NCBI GenBank assembly: GCA_964436855.1
Contig: CAYTED010000007.1
Span: forward strand, 16,779 to 80,778
Reading direction: 5' to 3'
Source: an uncultured Bdellovibrionales bacterium
GTDB lineage: Bacteria; Patescibacteriota; Minisyncoccia; Moranbacterales; UBA1568
DNA: 64,000 nt
Under the pieces are notes generated by a model that was not told where the DNA came from, made no database searches, and was given only the letters and a program-made list of their open reading frames with translations. The number at the start of each line of letters is the position of its first letter. Position 1 is the first letter of the stretch. A program made the translations under genes and the position numbers. Shown one piece after another: positions 8,290 through 18,595 of the stretch.

Positions 8290-10700
8290 AATACGATTGA
8301 TACTTTTTCAACGTTTCTTAGTGTATCAGAAACTCCCCGATCCGTCTCCTTATCGTCCGAAGAAATATGCGCGAATTGGAAAAAAAGCACCCCAAAAAGA
8401 ATGATCATTCCTATTGGAGCGATCATTGATATCCAGTTCTTCTTTCCGGGTCGAAAGAATCGGAGTAAGAGCGAGTTTCCTACAACTGAAATTGAGGAGA
8501 GCGCCATCGCGAGTCCGGCGAGCTCCGGCCTCAGCACCAATCCATACTCGGCAAAGAGCCGTGCTGCGATCGGAATGCCCATCACATTGTAGAACAGTGC
8601 AAAAAACAGATTCTGCCGAATTTTCCCCATGGTTTCGCGAGAGAGCTCAAAAGCAACGACGACATCACGGAGATCGTTTTTAACAAGCACAATGCCCCCT
8701 GCTTCCATGGCAACATCCGTCCCGCTTCCAAGAACAATCCCCAAATCGGCCTGCGCGAGTGCCGGAGCATCATTGACGCCATCCCCTACCATCGCCACCT
8801 TTTTTGACCCATTCTTCTGAAGCTCTTTTACTTTGGCCGCCTTGTCCTGTGGCAATACTTCCGAAAGCACGTGATCAATCCCCAGTTCTTTCGCGATATA
8901 GGCGGCTGTCCTTGCATTGTCTCCCGTGATCATCCACACCTCGATACCGCGCTGCTTCAGACGATTCACTGCTTCTTTGGATGTCTCTTTGATCGTATCA
9001 GCCACAGCAATTATCAGTACCGGCTCTGTATCTTCGACAAGAATCATTACGGTTTTTCCCGCCTCCTCCCATTCTTTTGCCTGTCCGACGACCTCTTTAA
9101 AAGCATTTTCGGTGAGCATCTCTTTGGCAAATGCCTGATTCCCGAGTCGGTATCGCTTCCCATTAACTCCTCCTTCGACGCCTCGGCCTGCGATCGCCTG
9201 AAACTCACTCACCGGAAGAAGCGGTAAGGATTGCTTTTCTGCGTGACGGAAAATCGCCTCTCCCAATGGATGCTCCGAATATCGCTCCAGGCTCGCAGCA
9301 AGAGAAAAAAGCGCTTTCGCATCTCGATCGTCAAGGGAAATCATATCCGTTACTTCCGGTTTTCCGACCGTGAGCGTTCCTGTTTTGTCAAAGACAATGG
9401 TATCAATTGATTCGGTTGCCTCAAGCGGTTCTCCTCCCTTGATAAGAATTCCCTGCTCGGCTCCTCGACCCGTTCCCACGAGAAGCGCCGTCGGGGTCGC
9501 AAGCCCGAGCGCACACGGGCACGCAATCACAATGACCGAAGTGAAAGCCATAATGGCAAATGAAAAGGACGCGCCCAAAGCAGCGTACCAGACAAGAAAC
9601 GTGAGCCCTGCTAAACCGATCACGGACGGTACAAACCACGACGACACTCGATCTGCAAAGCCCTGTATCGGCGCTTTGGACCCTTGTGCCTCTTCGATCA
9701 AGCGAACGATATTTGCGAGTAGCGTTTCGCTTCCCACTCGAGTGGCACGGAACTCAAAACTTCCAAAAGCATTGATCGTCCCCCCGGTTACGGCATCTCC
9801 CGGTTTTTTCTCAACCGGCAAACTCTCACCGGTAATCATCGACTCATCAATAGACGAATTCCCCTGAGTTATAATCCCGTCGACCGGTACTCGCTCTCCC
9901 GGACGCACCAAAACAATATCGTCATGCGTTACCGATTCAATAGGAATATCCTCGACCACGCCATTGCGAGATACGCGGGCATCCTTGGGAGCAAGCTGGA
10001 CGAGACGCTCGATAGCATCCGACGTTCTCCCTTTCGCTCTCGCCTCAAGCCATTTTCCGAGCAAAACGAAGGTAATGAGAAATACCGCAGTTTCAAAATA
10101 AAGTTCCGGAATTTTTTCTCCATTGATGCCAAATAAAGAATGGTGCTCTGCGACAAAAAAACCATATTGAAAAAGACTATACAGAAATGCGGTCGTTGTC
10201 CCAATGGCAATCAGCGCATCCATATTGAATGACCGGGCCCGCAGTGCCGCCCACATCCCCCGATAAAACCCCGCACCAAGTACGAGCTGTACCGGAAGAG
10301 CAAGGAGGAGTGAGAGAAACCCCATCAATGGCATTATCAAGCCCCTTCCGGGAAGCGGAAAGAAATCAAGTAACATAAAGTACAATAGTGGAAGGGAGAA
10401 GAAAAATCCCAAAAGACATTTCTTTCGATACTCCGCCACGTTTTGCTCCCTTCTTTTTTGTTCAAAATTCGTATCGCTTTCTTTTTTTTCTGCCGCACCA
10501 TATCCGGCTTTTTTCACTACATCAATAAGTTCTTGCATCCCTACATGCTCTGAGTCAAAAGCAATCGTCGCTTTTTCAATCGCAAAATTAACATTTGCTT
10601 CTTGCACTCCAGAAACTTTCCGCAGTGATCGTTCAATAATCTGCGCGCACGACGCGCAGTGCATTCCGGTGATACTGAAAAACGCTTTTTCTCTTTTCAT
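8286..10700 (-). CDS. copA: Copper-translocating P1B-1 ATPase
   Basis: HMA GMHCASC, TGES, CPC, DKTGT, SEHP, GDGVND, YN and MALSS Cu(I) ligands. Confidence 0.95.
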   Translation of the reverse strand: MKREKAFFSITGMHCASCAQIIERSLRKVSGVQEANVNFAIEKATIAFDSEHVGMQELIDVVKKAGYGAAEKKESDTNFEQKRREQNVAEYRKKCLLGFFFSLPLLYFMLLDFFPLPGRGLIMPLMGFLSLLLALPVQLVLGAGFYRGMWAALRARSFNMDALIAIGTTTAFLYSLFQYGFFVAEHHSLFGINGEKIPELYFETAVFLITFVLLGKWLEARAKGRTSDAIERLVQLAPKDARVSRNGVVEDIPIESVTHDDIVLVRPGERVPVDGIITQGNSSIDESMITGESLPVEKKPGDAVTGGTINAFGSFEFRATRVGSETLLANIVRLIEEAQGSKAPIQGFADRVSSWFVPSVIGLAGLTFLVWYAALGASFSFAIMAFTSVIVIACPCALGLATPTALLVGTGRGAEQGILIKGGEPLEATESIDTIVFDKTGTLTVGKPEVTDMISLDDRDAKALFSLAASLERYSEHPLGEAIFRHAEKQSLPLLPVSEFQAIAGRGVEGGVNGKRYRLGNQAFAKEMLTENAFKEVVGQAKEWEEAGKTVMILVEDTEPVLIIAVADTIKETSKEAVNRLKQRGIEVWMITGDNARTAAYIAKELGIDHVLSEVLPQDKAAKVKELQKNGSKKVAMVGDGVNDAPALAQADLGIVLGSGTDVAMEAGGIVLVKNDLRDVVVAFELSRETMGKIRQNLFFALFYNVMGIPIAARLFAEYGLVLRPELAGLAMALSSISVVGNSLLLRFFRPGKKNWISMIAPIGMIILFGVLFFQFAHISSDDKETDRGVSDTLRNVEKVSIVL

Positions 10701-10756
10701 AACTTTTTTATAAAAACTTGAGTGGAAAGCAGAAGAGAAAACAAAAACTCATACAG

Positions 10757-12103
10757 TTATTCCACCACTTCTATCACCCCCCGATACATCCCCATAGAAC
10801 AAGAGAAAGGGATATCGCCACTTTCTTTTGGTGTAAATTCAAACACATTTTCCCCTGGTTTCAAGGTTTTTCGGATACCTGCTTTCGGAACCGTAAAGCT
10901 CGCCGCACAACTGTATGATTCCTCCGAATCGACGATGAGCCTCACCGGTTCGCCCTTCTTCACGGTAATCCGATTCGGAAAGTATCCATTTACCTTTTGC
11001 GTGATGCGCACCACCTGCACTTCTTTACTTGACCCGTTCGACCCTTCACCGGATACAATCGAAGAAGCCGTCGATCCGAGCTTCACGAGCGCAAGGCCGT
11101 TTTCGAAATTAAAGAGACCAAGTGCAATGACGACAATACCCGCTACCTTGAAAAAGAATCGCCGAAATCCACCCTTCGCCGCCGCCGAAATTCCTCCGAT
11201 ACCAAGCAATCCGGGTGCCGTTCCAAGTGCAAAGGTTCCCATCGTGATCGCTCCGACAAACGGACTCCCTTGCGTAACGACAAAGAGCTGTACCGCCTGC
11301 GTAAACCCGCATGGCAGAAAAAAGGTGGCCGCACCAAGCAGCATCGCACGACTATGGCTGTATTCTTTTTTCGTGTGCGATTGAATGCCGAGTACTTTCG
11401 CAATCCCCTTCGGAAGCATTAATTTCCACGATGAAAGTCGCGGAAACAATTCGAGGAGTTGTATTCCAATCAGAACCATCACCACTCCAACGAGAATCGT
11501 GAGTGTTCCAATCGAGAACGATGAGAGTTGAAATGTCGATCCAAGCGCGCCAAGCACTCCACCAAACACTGCAAATCCTCCTATGCGACCGAGATTGAAA
11601 TACACGTTCGGAAGAAATTTTTGTCGGATACTCGCTTCCGGATGAAGCTCACTAAACCGTGCCGATACCGCAAGCACCATTCCACCCACAATCGCCATGC
11701 ACGTCGAAAGTCCGGCGACAATCCCTAAGAGAAGCACAAACGGAAGACTCGAAAAATTTTCCGTCGAGTTCGCTCCAAGGGAAAGATTAAATAGCCCAAA
11801 CCACTGCGCGAGCACAAAAAGAACAAAAACAATACCCCCTGCAAAAAGCGCTTCGACCCACTGTGAAATATCTTGCGAAAACCACGAGCGATTTTCCGTA
11901 CCGATATCGTACCCGGCTTTTCGAAGAGCCGACTTCAAAGACGCCTCGTTTGGCTCATCCCCTTCATAAAAAACCTCCGCCACTCCCTTACGAAAATTTG
12001 TCTTTACTTTGGCAACGCCCGAAACGCGACTCAATTCCTCCTCTGTGAGAATTTCACAAGATTTACAATGCATCCCGCGAATAAAAATCTGTTTTTTCTG
12101 CAT
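10757..12103 (-). CDS. HMA / DsbD_2 (TauE-SafE-like) membrane / cupredoxin fusion protein
   Basis: GMHCKSC, TCMAIVGG, FLPCG and C-terminal FSCSMGM. Confidence 0.88.
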   Translation of the reverse strand: MQKKQIFIRGMHCKSCEILTEEELSRVSGVAKVKTNFRKGVAEVFYEGDEPNEASLKSALRKAGYDIGTENRSWFSQDISQWVEALFAGGIVFVLFVLAQWFGLFNLSLGANSTENFSSLPFVLLLGIVAGLSTCMAIVGGMVLAVSARFSELHPEASIRQKFLPNVYFNLGRIGGFAVFGGVLGALGSTFQLSSFSIGTLTILVGVVMVLIGIQLLELFPRLSSWKLMLPKGIAKVLGIQSHTKKEYSHSRAMLLGAATFFLPCGFTQAVQLFVVTQGSPFVGAITMGTFALGTAPGLLGIGGISAAAKGGFRRFFFKVAGIVVIALGLFNFENGLALVKLGSTASSIVSGEGSNGSSKEVQVVRITQKVNGYFPNRITVKKGEPVRLIVDSEESYSCAASFTVPKAGIRKTLKPGENVFEFTPKESGDIPFSCSMGMYRGVIEVVE

Positions 12104-12105
12104 AG

Positions 12106-12375
12106 TTATTTCCCGTTTAGCTTTGTTACTTGAAGAATCTCTTTAATCACTTCTTTCTTTTTCTTTTCACTTCCGGACTCCATCACACTCTTGAAACAGT
12201 GGTTCAGGTGCCGCTCCAGAAGTTCTCCGTTCGCCGATTTGAGAAGGCCGATCGCCGCAAGATTCTGTTGCATAATATCGATACAGTACGCATCGCTCTC
12301 AATCATCGCAATGATTTTCCCGAGAAGCGAATGCGCTTTTTTATACCGAACGAGTAGATGTTTTTTCTCCTGCAT
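12106..12375 (-). CDS. csoR: CsoR/RcnR family metal-sensing repressor
   Basis: YCIDIMQQ...HLNHC Cys-His-Cys ligand set; first gene of the copper operon. Confidence 0.88.
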   Translation of the reverse strand: MQEKKHLLVRYKKAHSLLGKIIAMIESDAYCIDIMQQNLAAIGLLKSANGELLERHLNHCFKSVMESGSEKKKKEVIKEILQVTKLNGK

Positions 12376-12407
12376 ATCCTCTTCTTAAATGAATGATTTG
12401 TTTTTCT

Positions 12408-12435
12408 ATTATACCTCCCCCATAGGTATCGTCAA
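12408..12435 (-). promoter_or_regulatory. Promoter with overlapping CsoR-type operator
   Basis: TTGACG-16 nt-TATAAT overlapped by the inverted repeat ATACCT-CCCCCAT-AGGTAT (12411-12429) with a C/G tract. Confidence 0.75.
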
Positions 12436-12480
12436 GAACAAAAAATCGCCCCTGTCGGAGCGATTGATAATTGAGATACG

Positions 12481-13143
12481 TTATAACTGCGTATGATCCG
12501 CCGTACTCTCTTCAAATTTTCGATAATAATATCCGACATCCGCAATCCACTTCTCGACGCTTTTCTCGCTGTGCCCATCGCACGAGTAGCCGCACTTCCA
12601 GACTACCATTTCTCGCGGCGTCACACGCTCGTATTCGTACACGAGCCGCTTGATCCGTTTCGAGATCGTATTCACCGCATCGGTACGATTATCAAAACAA
12701 GTATGCCCGCCTGTTCCCATACGCTCCCGTTCCGCCCGAAATCCCCAATAATTATAACAGTCCGATCCATCAAGCTTCGGCGAACGTTTTCCCCAGTTTG
12801 ATTCTTTTTTGGCGATGCTGATAATGTATGCCGCCACCATAGGATCTTGCCTCGCAATTTGAGACGCCATAGACGCTATCGGGTATCCCTTAACCATCTT
12901 CTCGATCTTTCGCTCAAAAGAAGTTTTCATCGGGATTGGTTCGGGAATCTGGGAGAGGAGACGATCATTTTCATTGATCGCAAAAAAGAGAACTCCCAAA
13001 CAAAAAGCGACTGAAAGCAAAATGACAAAATGGGCTCCGGTTGCTATTTTCGGCTCTTCCAATGCATTCCACGATGAAATATCTGGCATATGCGCTCGGA
13101 ATCCCTTTTGCAGAAATTTTGGTTTTTTGAGTCTCTTTTTCAT
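12481..13143 (-). CDS. Membrane-anchored lysozyme-like/glucosaminidase-like protein
   Basis: One TM helix, then IAKKESNWG and NYWGF motifs resembling lysozyme-fold muramidases. Start uncertain. Confidence 0.55.
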   Translation of the reverse strand: MKKRLKKPKFLQKGFRAHMPDISSWNALEEPKIATGAHFVILLSVAFCLGVLFFAINENDRLLSQIPEPIPMKTSFERKIEKMVKGYPIASMASQIARQDPMVAAYIISIAKKESNWGKRSPKLDGSDCYNYWGFRAERERMGTGGHTCFDNRTDAVNTISKRIKRLVYEYERVTPREMVVWKCGYSCDGHSEKSVEKWIADVGYYYRKFEESTADHTQL

Positions 13144-13257
13144 ACATTTTCCCCTAAAAAAAGCAAAAAAGCTGGTTTTCACCCGCTTTTTTGTCCGTCT
13201 TTTCAGTTGATATATCCAGTATAGCAGTTTTTTTCGAGAAAATCAAGTATGTGTATC

Positions 13258-13779
13258 CTATTCGGACCATTGCTTTCGGATCGTCTTCCGTCCCATTGGC
13301 AGAAGAAAAAAGAAAGAAACGGAAAGAATAAGCAAGATGACATTCGGATAAAATATGTACGGATGCCCCCAGCTCACGCCATCAAAAGTATAGCTTGAGA
13401 TCGGCCAAAGAAACGGGGTCGGGAAAAACTTGGCATCGTGAAAGGGAATATCGAGGAGAATATGAAATCCCCATGCTCCGAGTGGCCAAAACATTTTTTC
13501 CCGAAAATAATAAAAAAGAAAAACGACTCCCAAAAAAATAATGAGGCTGTGAGTGATATCGTAGGCAATATGAGTAAAAAATGGGATTTCCAGCGATTCC
13601 GGATGCCGCCCGGACGACCAATCGGGATGTGGGAAAATCCCGAGCCATGTCCCCACAATATACGGACCGAATGAAAAAACATCGGGCGCCATCCCAATAA
13701 ACAGCGACCAAAAAAACGCCTCTTTGTCCGATCGCCCAAAAAGCACCGATCCCCACAGGCCATGCGAGATAAAGTCCAT
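13258..13779 (-). CDS. YdjM-like metal-dependent membrane hydrolase
   Basis: SH, APD, THSL and HILLD motifs with TM helices. Confidence 0.75.
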   Translation of the reverse strand: MDFISHGLWGSVLFGRSDKEAFFWSLFIGMAPDVFSFGPYIVGTWLGIFPHPDWSSGRHPESLEIPFFTHIAYDITHSLIIFLGVVFLFYYFREKMFWPLGAWGFHILLDIPFHDAKFFPTPFLWPISSYTFDGVSWGHPYIFYPNVILLILSVSFFFLLPMGRKTIRKQWSE

Positions 13780-13788
13780 AGTTTTCGT

Positions 13789-14028
13789 TTATGAGCCCGG
13801 GCTGTGCCGCTGAAGATAGGAAACGATATCGCCTACAGTTTCGATATGGATCAAATCCTCGTATTTCGCCCTCATCCCGAATTCTTTCTCAAATCGAGTT
13901 ACTATGGAAAAAAGACAGATGGAATCATCCGCGAGATCTTCGATTTTATCATTTATGCCAATGGATGCTTCCGACCTCCCGGTTTCCTCGGCAATCAGTG
14001 CGATAACTTTTTCATTGAGTGTATCCAT
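13789..14028 (-). CDS. Acyl carrier protein
   Basis: 79 aa, acidic, DSI serine attachment motif, EKEFG, IETVGDIVSY. Confidence 0.88.
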   Translation of the reverse strand: MDTLNEKVIALIAEETGRSEASIGINDKIEDLADDSICLFSIVTRFEKEFGMRAKYEDLIHIETVGDIVSYLQRHSPGS

Positions 14029-14040
14029 ACACGAAGAGCA

Positions 14041-14610
14041 TTATTCGATTGTGAGAATAACGGCGACATACCCCTTTTTCTCTGCGAGAATTATACGCCC
14101 TTTTCCGGAAATTCCAAGGAGACCGTATACCCGCACCGATCGACGTTTCCAATCAATCGCGCAATGAACTTTTTTCGGATGAATCCGCAGCCCGACTCCG
14201 ATCATCTTGAGAAACGCTTCTTTTGCGCACCAATATGCCGTAATCCGGATATCGCGTTCTCTTCCGAAAACAGAACGCATCTCTCTTTGTTCAATCGGAG
14301 TCAGAAAACTCTCTCCCCATTCCTTATCATAGAATCGAATGTATTCAACATCCGCCCCGATAGGCACCGAGGATCGCGCAGCAAGACCGACTCCTTTTGT
14401 GTGGCTGATACTTACGAATATAGCGGGGATAAAAAACTTCGTGCGAGAAACGATCGTCGGCCTTCCATACGACGATCTAAAAATACCATAACCATCCCTG
14501 TCATATGAAGTAAAAAGTCGCCTGAAGGCGAATTCTTTTACTCGGCTTCCTTCTTTTTTCGAAGGATGACGATCCGGATTCTTCTTGTCTTGAATAATGA
14601 CAAATCGCAT
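14041..14610 (-). CDS. 4'-phosphopantetheinyl transferase (Sfp-like)
   Basis: GRP, SISH, IGADVE, WCAKEAFLK. Confidence 0.92.
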   Translation of the reverse strand: MRFVIIQDKKNPDRHPSKKEGSRVKEFAFRRLFTSYDRDGYGIFRSSYGRPTIVSRTKFFIPAIFVSISHTKGVGLAARSSVPIGADVEYIRFYDKEWGESFLTPIEQREMRSVFGRERDIRITAYWCAKEAFLKMIGVGLRIHPKKVHCAIDWKRRSVRVYGLLGISGKGRIILAEKKGYVAVILTIE

Positions 14611-14621
14611 TCAAAGAAGTA

Positions 14622-15287
14622 TTACGTCACATCGAACAATGATCGCATCTTCGAGGCGGTTATCTTTTCACCACCCCTCAATTCCAAAACCTCACCGAAA
14701 CGAAGACTATTGCTCATTCGAAACAGCGCTCGAAACGACCGCTCCAGGCCGTCAATCTGCACCACAACCACCTTTCGCCCCGGACCGACGAAAAATTCGA
14801 TTCCCCGCTTAAATTCACCCATTTGATTCCGGCAGATTTTTCCTTCCGGAAAGAGAAAGACCGTCGTTCTCTCATCAAGAAGCTCTTTCGTTCGCAGAAG
14901 CCCGAGCATCTTTTCCCGTGGCGTCGCCCCGATGTCGTACGAGCCAAGCAATCGGAGAGCAGGGCGCAGCCATTTTTTTTCCATAAAGTCATTGTCCGTC
15001 GGAAATCGAATCGGGAGAAGCTTGAGAAAGACCGGAAATGGCAGATACGCCAATACAACAAACGGGTCAATCTTCGATCGATGATTTGAGATGAGAAGCG
15101 ACCCTCGTTCAAGAGAATGAATATTTTCCGGAAGCGTCCGCTTTGCCAAATAAAAAAACCGGAGCGGTACTACCGAAATCAGATAGGCTCCAACTTGAGT
15201 GAGACTCAATAAGATATCCTTCGAGATTCTCTTTGTTTTTTTTCGCCATCTCATACACAACATGCTCTTTTTCCTTTTCTCTTCCAT
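14622..15287 (-). CDS. PlsC-family (lysophospholipid) acyltransferase
   Basis: NHRSKID (HX4D), FPEG and FKRG motifs. Confidence 0.88.
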   Translation of the reverse strand: MEEKRKKSMLCMRWRKKTKRISKDILLSLTQVGAYLISVVPLRFFYLAKRTLPENIHSLERGSLLISNHRSKIDPFVVLAYLPFPVFLKLLPIRFPTDNDFMEKKWLRPALRLLGSYDIGATPREKMLGLLRTKELLDERTTVFLFPEGKICRNQMGEFKRGIEFFVGPGRKVVVVQIDGLERSFRALFRMSNSLRFGEVLELRGGEKITASKMRSLFDVT

Positions 15288-15388
15288 ACTACTTTATTAT
15301 ACAAGACAGCCTCACAAAGGCACAATATCGTTTTTTACAAGCGTTTTTGCTAAAATATCCTTTCCATCATAAAATCTTTACAAAGCCT

Positions 15389-16030
15389 ATGAAAAACGTC
15401 GACATTTTTCTTGCGACACAGAAAGAGGATTTTTCCTCCGCGTGGTCGCTTGTTGAAGGAGAGTTCCGAAAAAGTAAGTATATTACAGAAAGTGAACACC
15501 TCACTCCTATTCATGAGGAATATCCGCTCTCAAAGACTTTTATTATCAAAAATCCGACAGGCGAAGTCGTCGCAACGATTTCGTATATTCCCGATTCTGA
15601 TCACGGTCTTCCGCTTGATTCGTGTTTTCGAGATGAATTTACCGAGGCCGTTCGATCCAAAAATCTTCGTCTGGCGGAAATAAGTCGTCTCGCCGTTCAT
15701 CCTGATTATCGTTCACCGCTCAATGCTTTTCTTCCGGCGCTCTATAGTGTTGTACTGGCATATGGTGTGTTTGATCGGTGCGATGCGTTTGGTCTGACAG
15801 TGAACCCCAAACACTCTCTTCTCTATGACCGGTTTGGATTTTCATCGATCGGCGAAGAGAAAATGTACACGTTTTTTCATAATGTCCCCTCTCAAGCGAA
15901 GCTTCTTTTTCTTGATGAGAGCGTTAAAAGCGGTAAACGCGTACCATTTTTTATGAAAAGTCCTGATCCGAGTATCTTTACCGAAGCGTTTCTCTCCGGA
16001 AAAGAGCCTCATGCCTATTCCTTGTTCTAA
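15389..16030 (+). CDS. FeeM-like N-acyl amino acid synthase (GNAT fold)
   Basis: ATISYIPDSDHGLPLD, AEISRLA, VNPKH...Y..FGF pattern typical of FeeM/NAS proteins. Start set to ATG 15389. Confidence 0.78.
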   Translation: MKNVDIFLATQKEDFSSAWSLVEGEFRKSKYITESEHLTPIHEEYPLSKTFIIKNPTGEVVATISYIPDSDHGLPLDSCFRDEFTEAVRSKNLRLAEISRLAVHPDYRSPLNAFLPALYSVVLAYGVFDRCDAFGLTVNPKHSLLYDRFGFSSIGEEKMYTFFHNVPSQAKLLFLDESVKSGKRVPFFMKSPDPSIFTEAFLSGKEPHAYSLF

Positions 16031-16051
16031 AGCAGCGTTATCCAGTACCAT

Positions 16052-16792
16052 ATGTCGCTCAGCATGTTTGTCATCATCTTTGCGATTTTATTGATTCTTC
16101 TCTCTGAGGGAGTGAGGCTTTTTTTCCGGTGGCGTATTTCGCATCATATCGGCAATAAGGCTCGGCCTTTTGAGAGAAAGGACGCCTCACTTCCCTTTTC
16201 TCTGCTTATTCTCGGCGATAGCACGGCCTATGGAACGGGCGTCGACAATCCCACTCAATCTCTCGGAGGGAAAATCGGCGCATCTTTTCCTCATGTGGCG
16301 ATCTGGAATCGAGCGAAAAACGCCCTCTCTCTGAATGATCTCCCTTCAACTATAGATACCATTGCTTCTGAAAAAGGTCGTTTTGATGGCATCCTTATTG
16401 TTATTGGAGGGATCGACATGCTTCGTCTCACCCCTCCTTCGGTAGCGAGAAAAAAACTCCTCAGAACTCTTCGTATGGCAAAAAAGCTTTCTCCACACAT
16501 TGTCTTGGCACTTTCAAGCAATATTCGTTCGGCGACTTTTTTCCGCTTTCCTCTCAATCGAATTTTTGAATATGAACACCGTTCATTGGAAACCCTCTAC
16601 GGTCAAATAGCTCAGGAAGAACATATCGCGTATGTCTCCTTGTATGAACCAATTGATACTTGTCCATTCGCCAAAAATCCGGAAAAACTCTATGCTAATG
16701 ATGGGCTTCACCCAAATCACCTCGGATACGAAATTTGGTTCGAAAAAATAAAAGAACCACTGAAAAAGATTTTTCCTTCGAATATTTCATAA
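16052..16792 (+). CDS. SGNH/GDSL hydrolase with N-terminal TM anchor
   Basis: LGDSTAYG block I and DGLHP block V. Confidence 0.9.
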   Translation: MSLSMFVIIFAILLILLSEGVRLFFRWRISHHIGNKARPFERKDASLPFSLLILGDSTAYGTGVDNPTQSLGGKIGASFPHVAIWNRAKNALSLNDLPSTIDTIASEKGRFDGILIVIGGIDMLRLTPPSVARKKLLRTLRMAKKLSPHIVLALSSNIRSATFFRFPLNRIFEYEHRSLETLYGQIAQEEHIAYVSLYEPIDTCPFAKNPEKLYANDGLHPNHLGYEIWFEKIKEPLKKIFPSNIS

Positions 16793-16851
16793 ATGCCGTA
16801 TCACTCAGAAAAAATTTCTCCATTCCTCTTTTGTTCTTCACACTTCCTCGT

Positions 16852-17658
16852 ATGAGTTTTTTTGATATTTTACTCGAAAACTTTCTTTCTTTCGGAATTC
16901 TCCAGTGGATTGGATTCATCCTTATTTATTTTATTGTTGTTACCGTCCTCCGAATGATTTTTCTCCTCCTGATCAATCGGCATGTGTCGAGTCATGCCTT
17001 GCGCTATTCTCAGCCATTTCGAGGCGGGAAAAAGATTCTTGTTCTTGGTGATAGTATCGCCGTGGGAGCCGGTGCCGAAAAACCGGAACTCTCTATCGCC
17101 GGGAGACTCGGTCATGATCTCCCCACTTGCGAAATCCGAAACTTGGCCACTAACGGCGCACGTACTGTGGATGTTATTAAACAGCTGGAGCAAATAAAAA
17201 ATGAGACTTTTGACCTTATTATCATTTGCGTCGGAGGGAATGATATCTTTCAATTCACCCCTGTTCAGTCACTCCAAAAACCCCTCATATTGCTCACCGA
17301 TGAAGCCAATCGCTTGAGCGGAAATCAAACTATCTTCCTCGTCTATTCCAATATTGCTTTCGCACCTCTTTTCCCTGGATATTTTCGTCGTTTTTTGCAA
17401 AATCGAAACGAAAAAATCCTAAGTCTTTTTATGCACATTACCGGGGAGCGAGGAGCTTTTGCAATTGACTGCAGTCTCAGATGGAACCTCCACGAAACAA
17501 AAAAAGGCTCCCTGCGTTACTTTGCGGCAGATAAACTTCACCCAAGCGCGCTCGCGTATCAACAATGGTACAAAAAAATTTGGAAATATATTGCCAAAGA
17601 CAATCTCACTTGCGATATCGCCGATCGCCCCACCTACGCCCTTCAAGAAAAAAGCTAA
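16852..17658 (+). CDS. SGNH/GDSL hydrolase with N-terminal TM anchor
   Basis: LGDSIAVG, GGND, DKLHP. Start set to ATG 16852. Confidence 0.9.
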   Translation: MSFFDILLENFLSFGILQWIGFILIYFIVVTVLRMIFLLLINRHVSSHALRYSQPFRGGKKILVLGDSIAVGAGAEKPELSIAGRLGHDLPTCEIRNLATNGARTVDVIKQLEQIKNETFDLIIICVGGNDIFQFTPVQSLQKPLILLTDEANRLSGNQTIFLVYSNIAFAPLFPGYFRRFLQNRNEKILSLFMHITGERGAFAIDCSLRWNLHETKKGSLRYFAADKLHPSALAYQQWYKKIWKYIAKDNLTCDIADRPTYALQEKS

Positions 17659-17710
17659 GAGCTGCCTCTCGCTTTTCTTCTTCACAAACCAAAAAAATAT
17701 TTTTTCTCTT

Positions 17711-18595
17711 TTACTTTTTCGATGCCTTTCCGATTTTTCGTAAAAGAAAGAGTGCGACTTTCAATTTGATACGCTGTAACCATCCGCGATTTCCGAATGG
17801 CAGGTACGGTTTTTTGAGTTTTCCAACATATGGGTCAAAATGCAGTGATCGAGGAACTCTCGGGACACCCTCTTTCTTGAGCAAGAGTTTTACCACAAAG
17901 GTAAGCACTAGTCCTGCGGCAAAAAATGTCCCGATGACAAGAGAGGCGCCGGATTTTCCTTTAAAATCGACCTTATCTGGATGAAAATACGTTCGTTGCA
18001 ATAAACTCGGTGTCAGTCCAATGCCAAATTTCATGGCCATCATTTCTTCCGACATACCGTCTTGTATATCGAAGTATTCATCAAATGACATCCCTTTCGG
18101 ATCAAACACAAGCGATGCTGAACCAAATCCGATCGGCCCCGCACTGACAACAAATATCCCTTGCTTCCTCGCCTCTCCATAAAAAATGCGCCGCACTTCC
18201 GGCGAAAAGAAATCAATTCCATCTACCGCAATATCCGCTCCCGAAAGAAACGCCTCTACATTCCCCTCATCAATGGCAGGAAACACCTCCACCCGAGCAT
18301 ACGGGTTGATATCGAGAATCATCTTCTTCAGTGTTTCGGCTTTTGATTTTCCGATTGACTGCATGGTCGCTCCTATTTGTCGATTGAAATTTGCGAGTTC
18401 AAACGTATCCGGATCGGCAATGCGAAATCCACCGATTCCAAGTCTCGCCAAACCGACGACCTCAATCCCGCCGACCCCGCCCATTCCGGCGACAACGACC
18501 GTCGACTGTCGAAGTTTTTCTTGTTCTTTTTTTGAAAGTAGTCCGATATTTCGTGAGAAAGCTTCTCCAAAAAATTGTTGCTCGTTTATTTCCAT
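17711..18595 (-). CDS. ThiF/E1-like adenylyltransferase
   Basis: FSRNIG, GMGGVG, DPDTFELANFNRQ; no zinc CxxC pairs. Confidence 0.92.
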   Translation of the reverse strand: MEINEQQFFGEAFSRNIGLLSKKEQEKLRQSTVVVAGMGGVGGIEVVGLARLGIGGFRIADPDTFELANFNRQIGATMQSIGKSKAETLKKMILDINPYARVEVFPAIDEGNVEAFLSGADIAVDGIDFFSPEVRRIFYGEARKQGIFVVSAGPIGFGSASLVFDPKGMSFDEYFDIQDGMSEEMMAMKFGIGLTPSLLQRTYFHPDKVDFKGKSGASLVIGTFFAAGLVLTFVVKLLLKKEGVPRVPRSLHFDPYVGKLKKPYLPFGNRGWLQRIKLKVALFLLRKIGKASKK

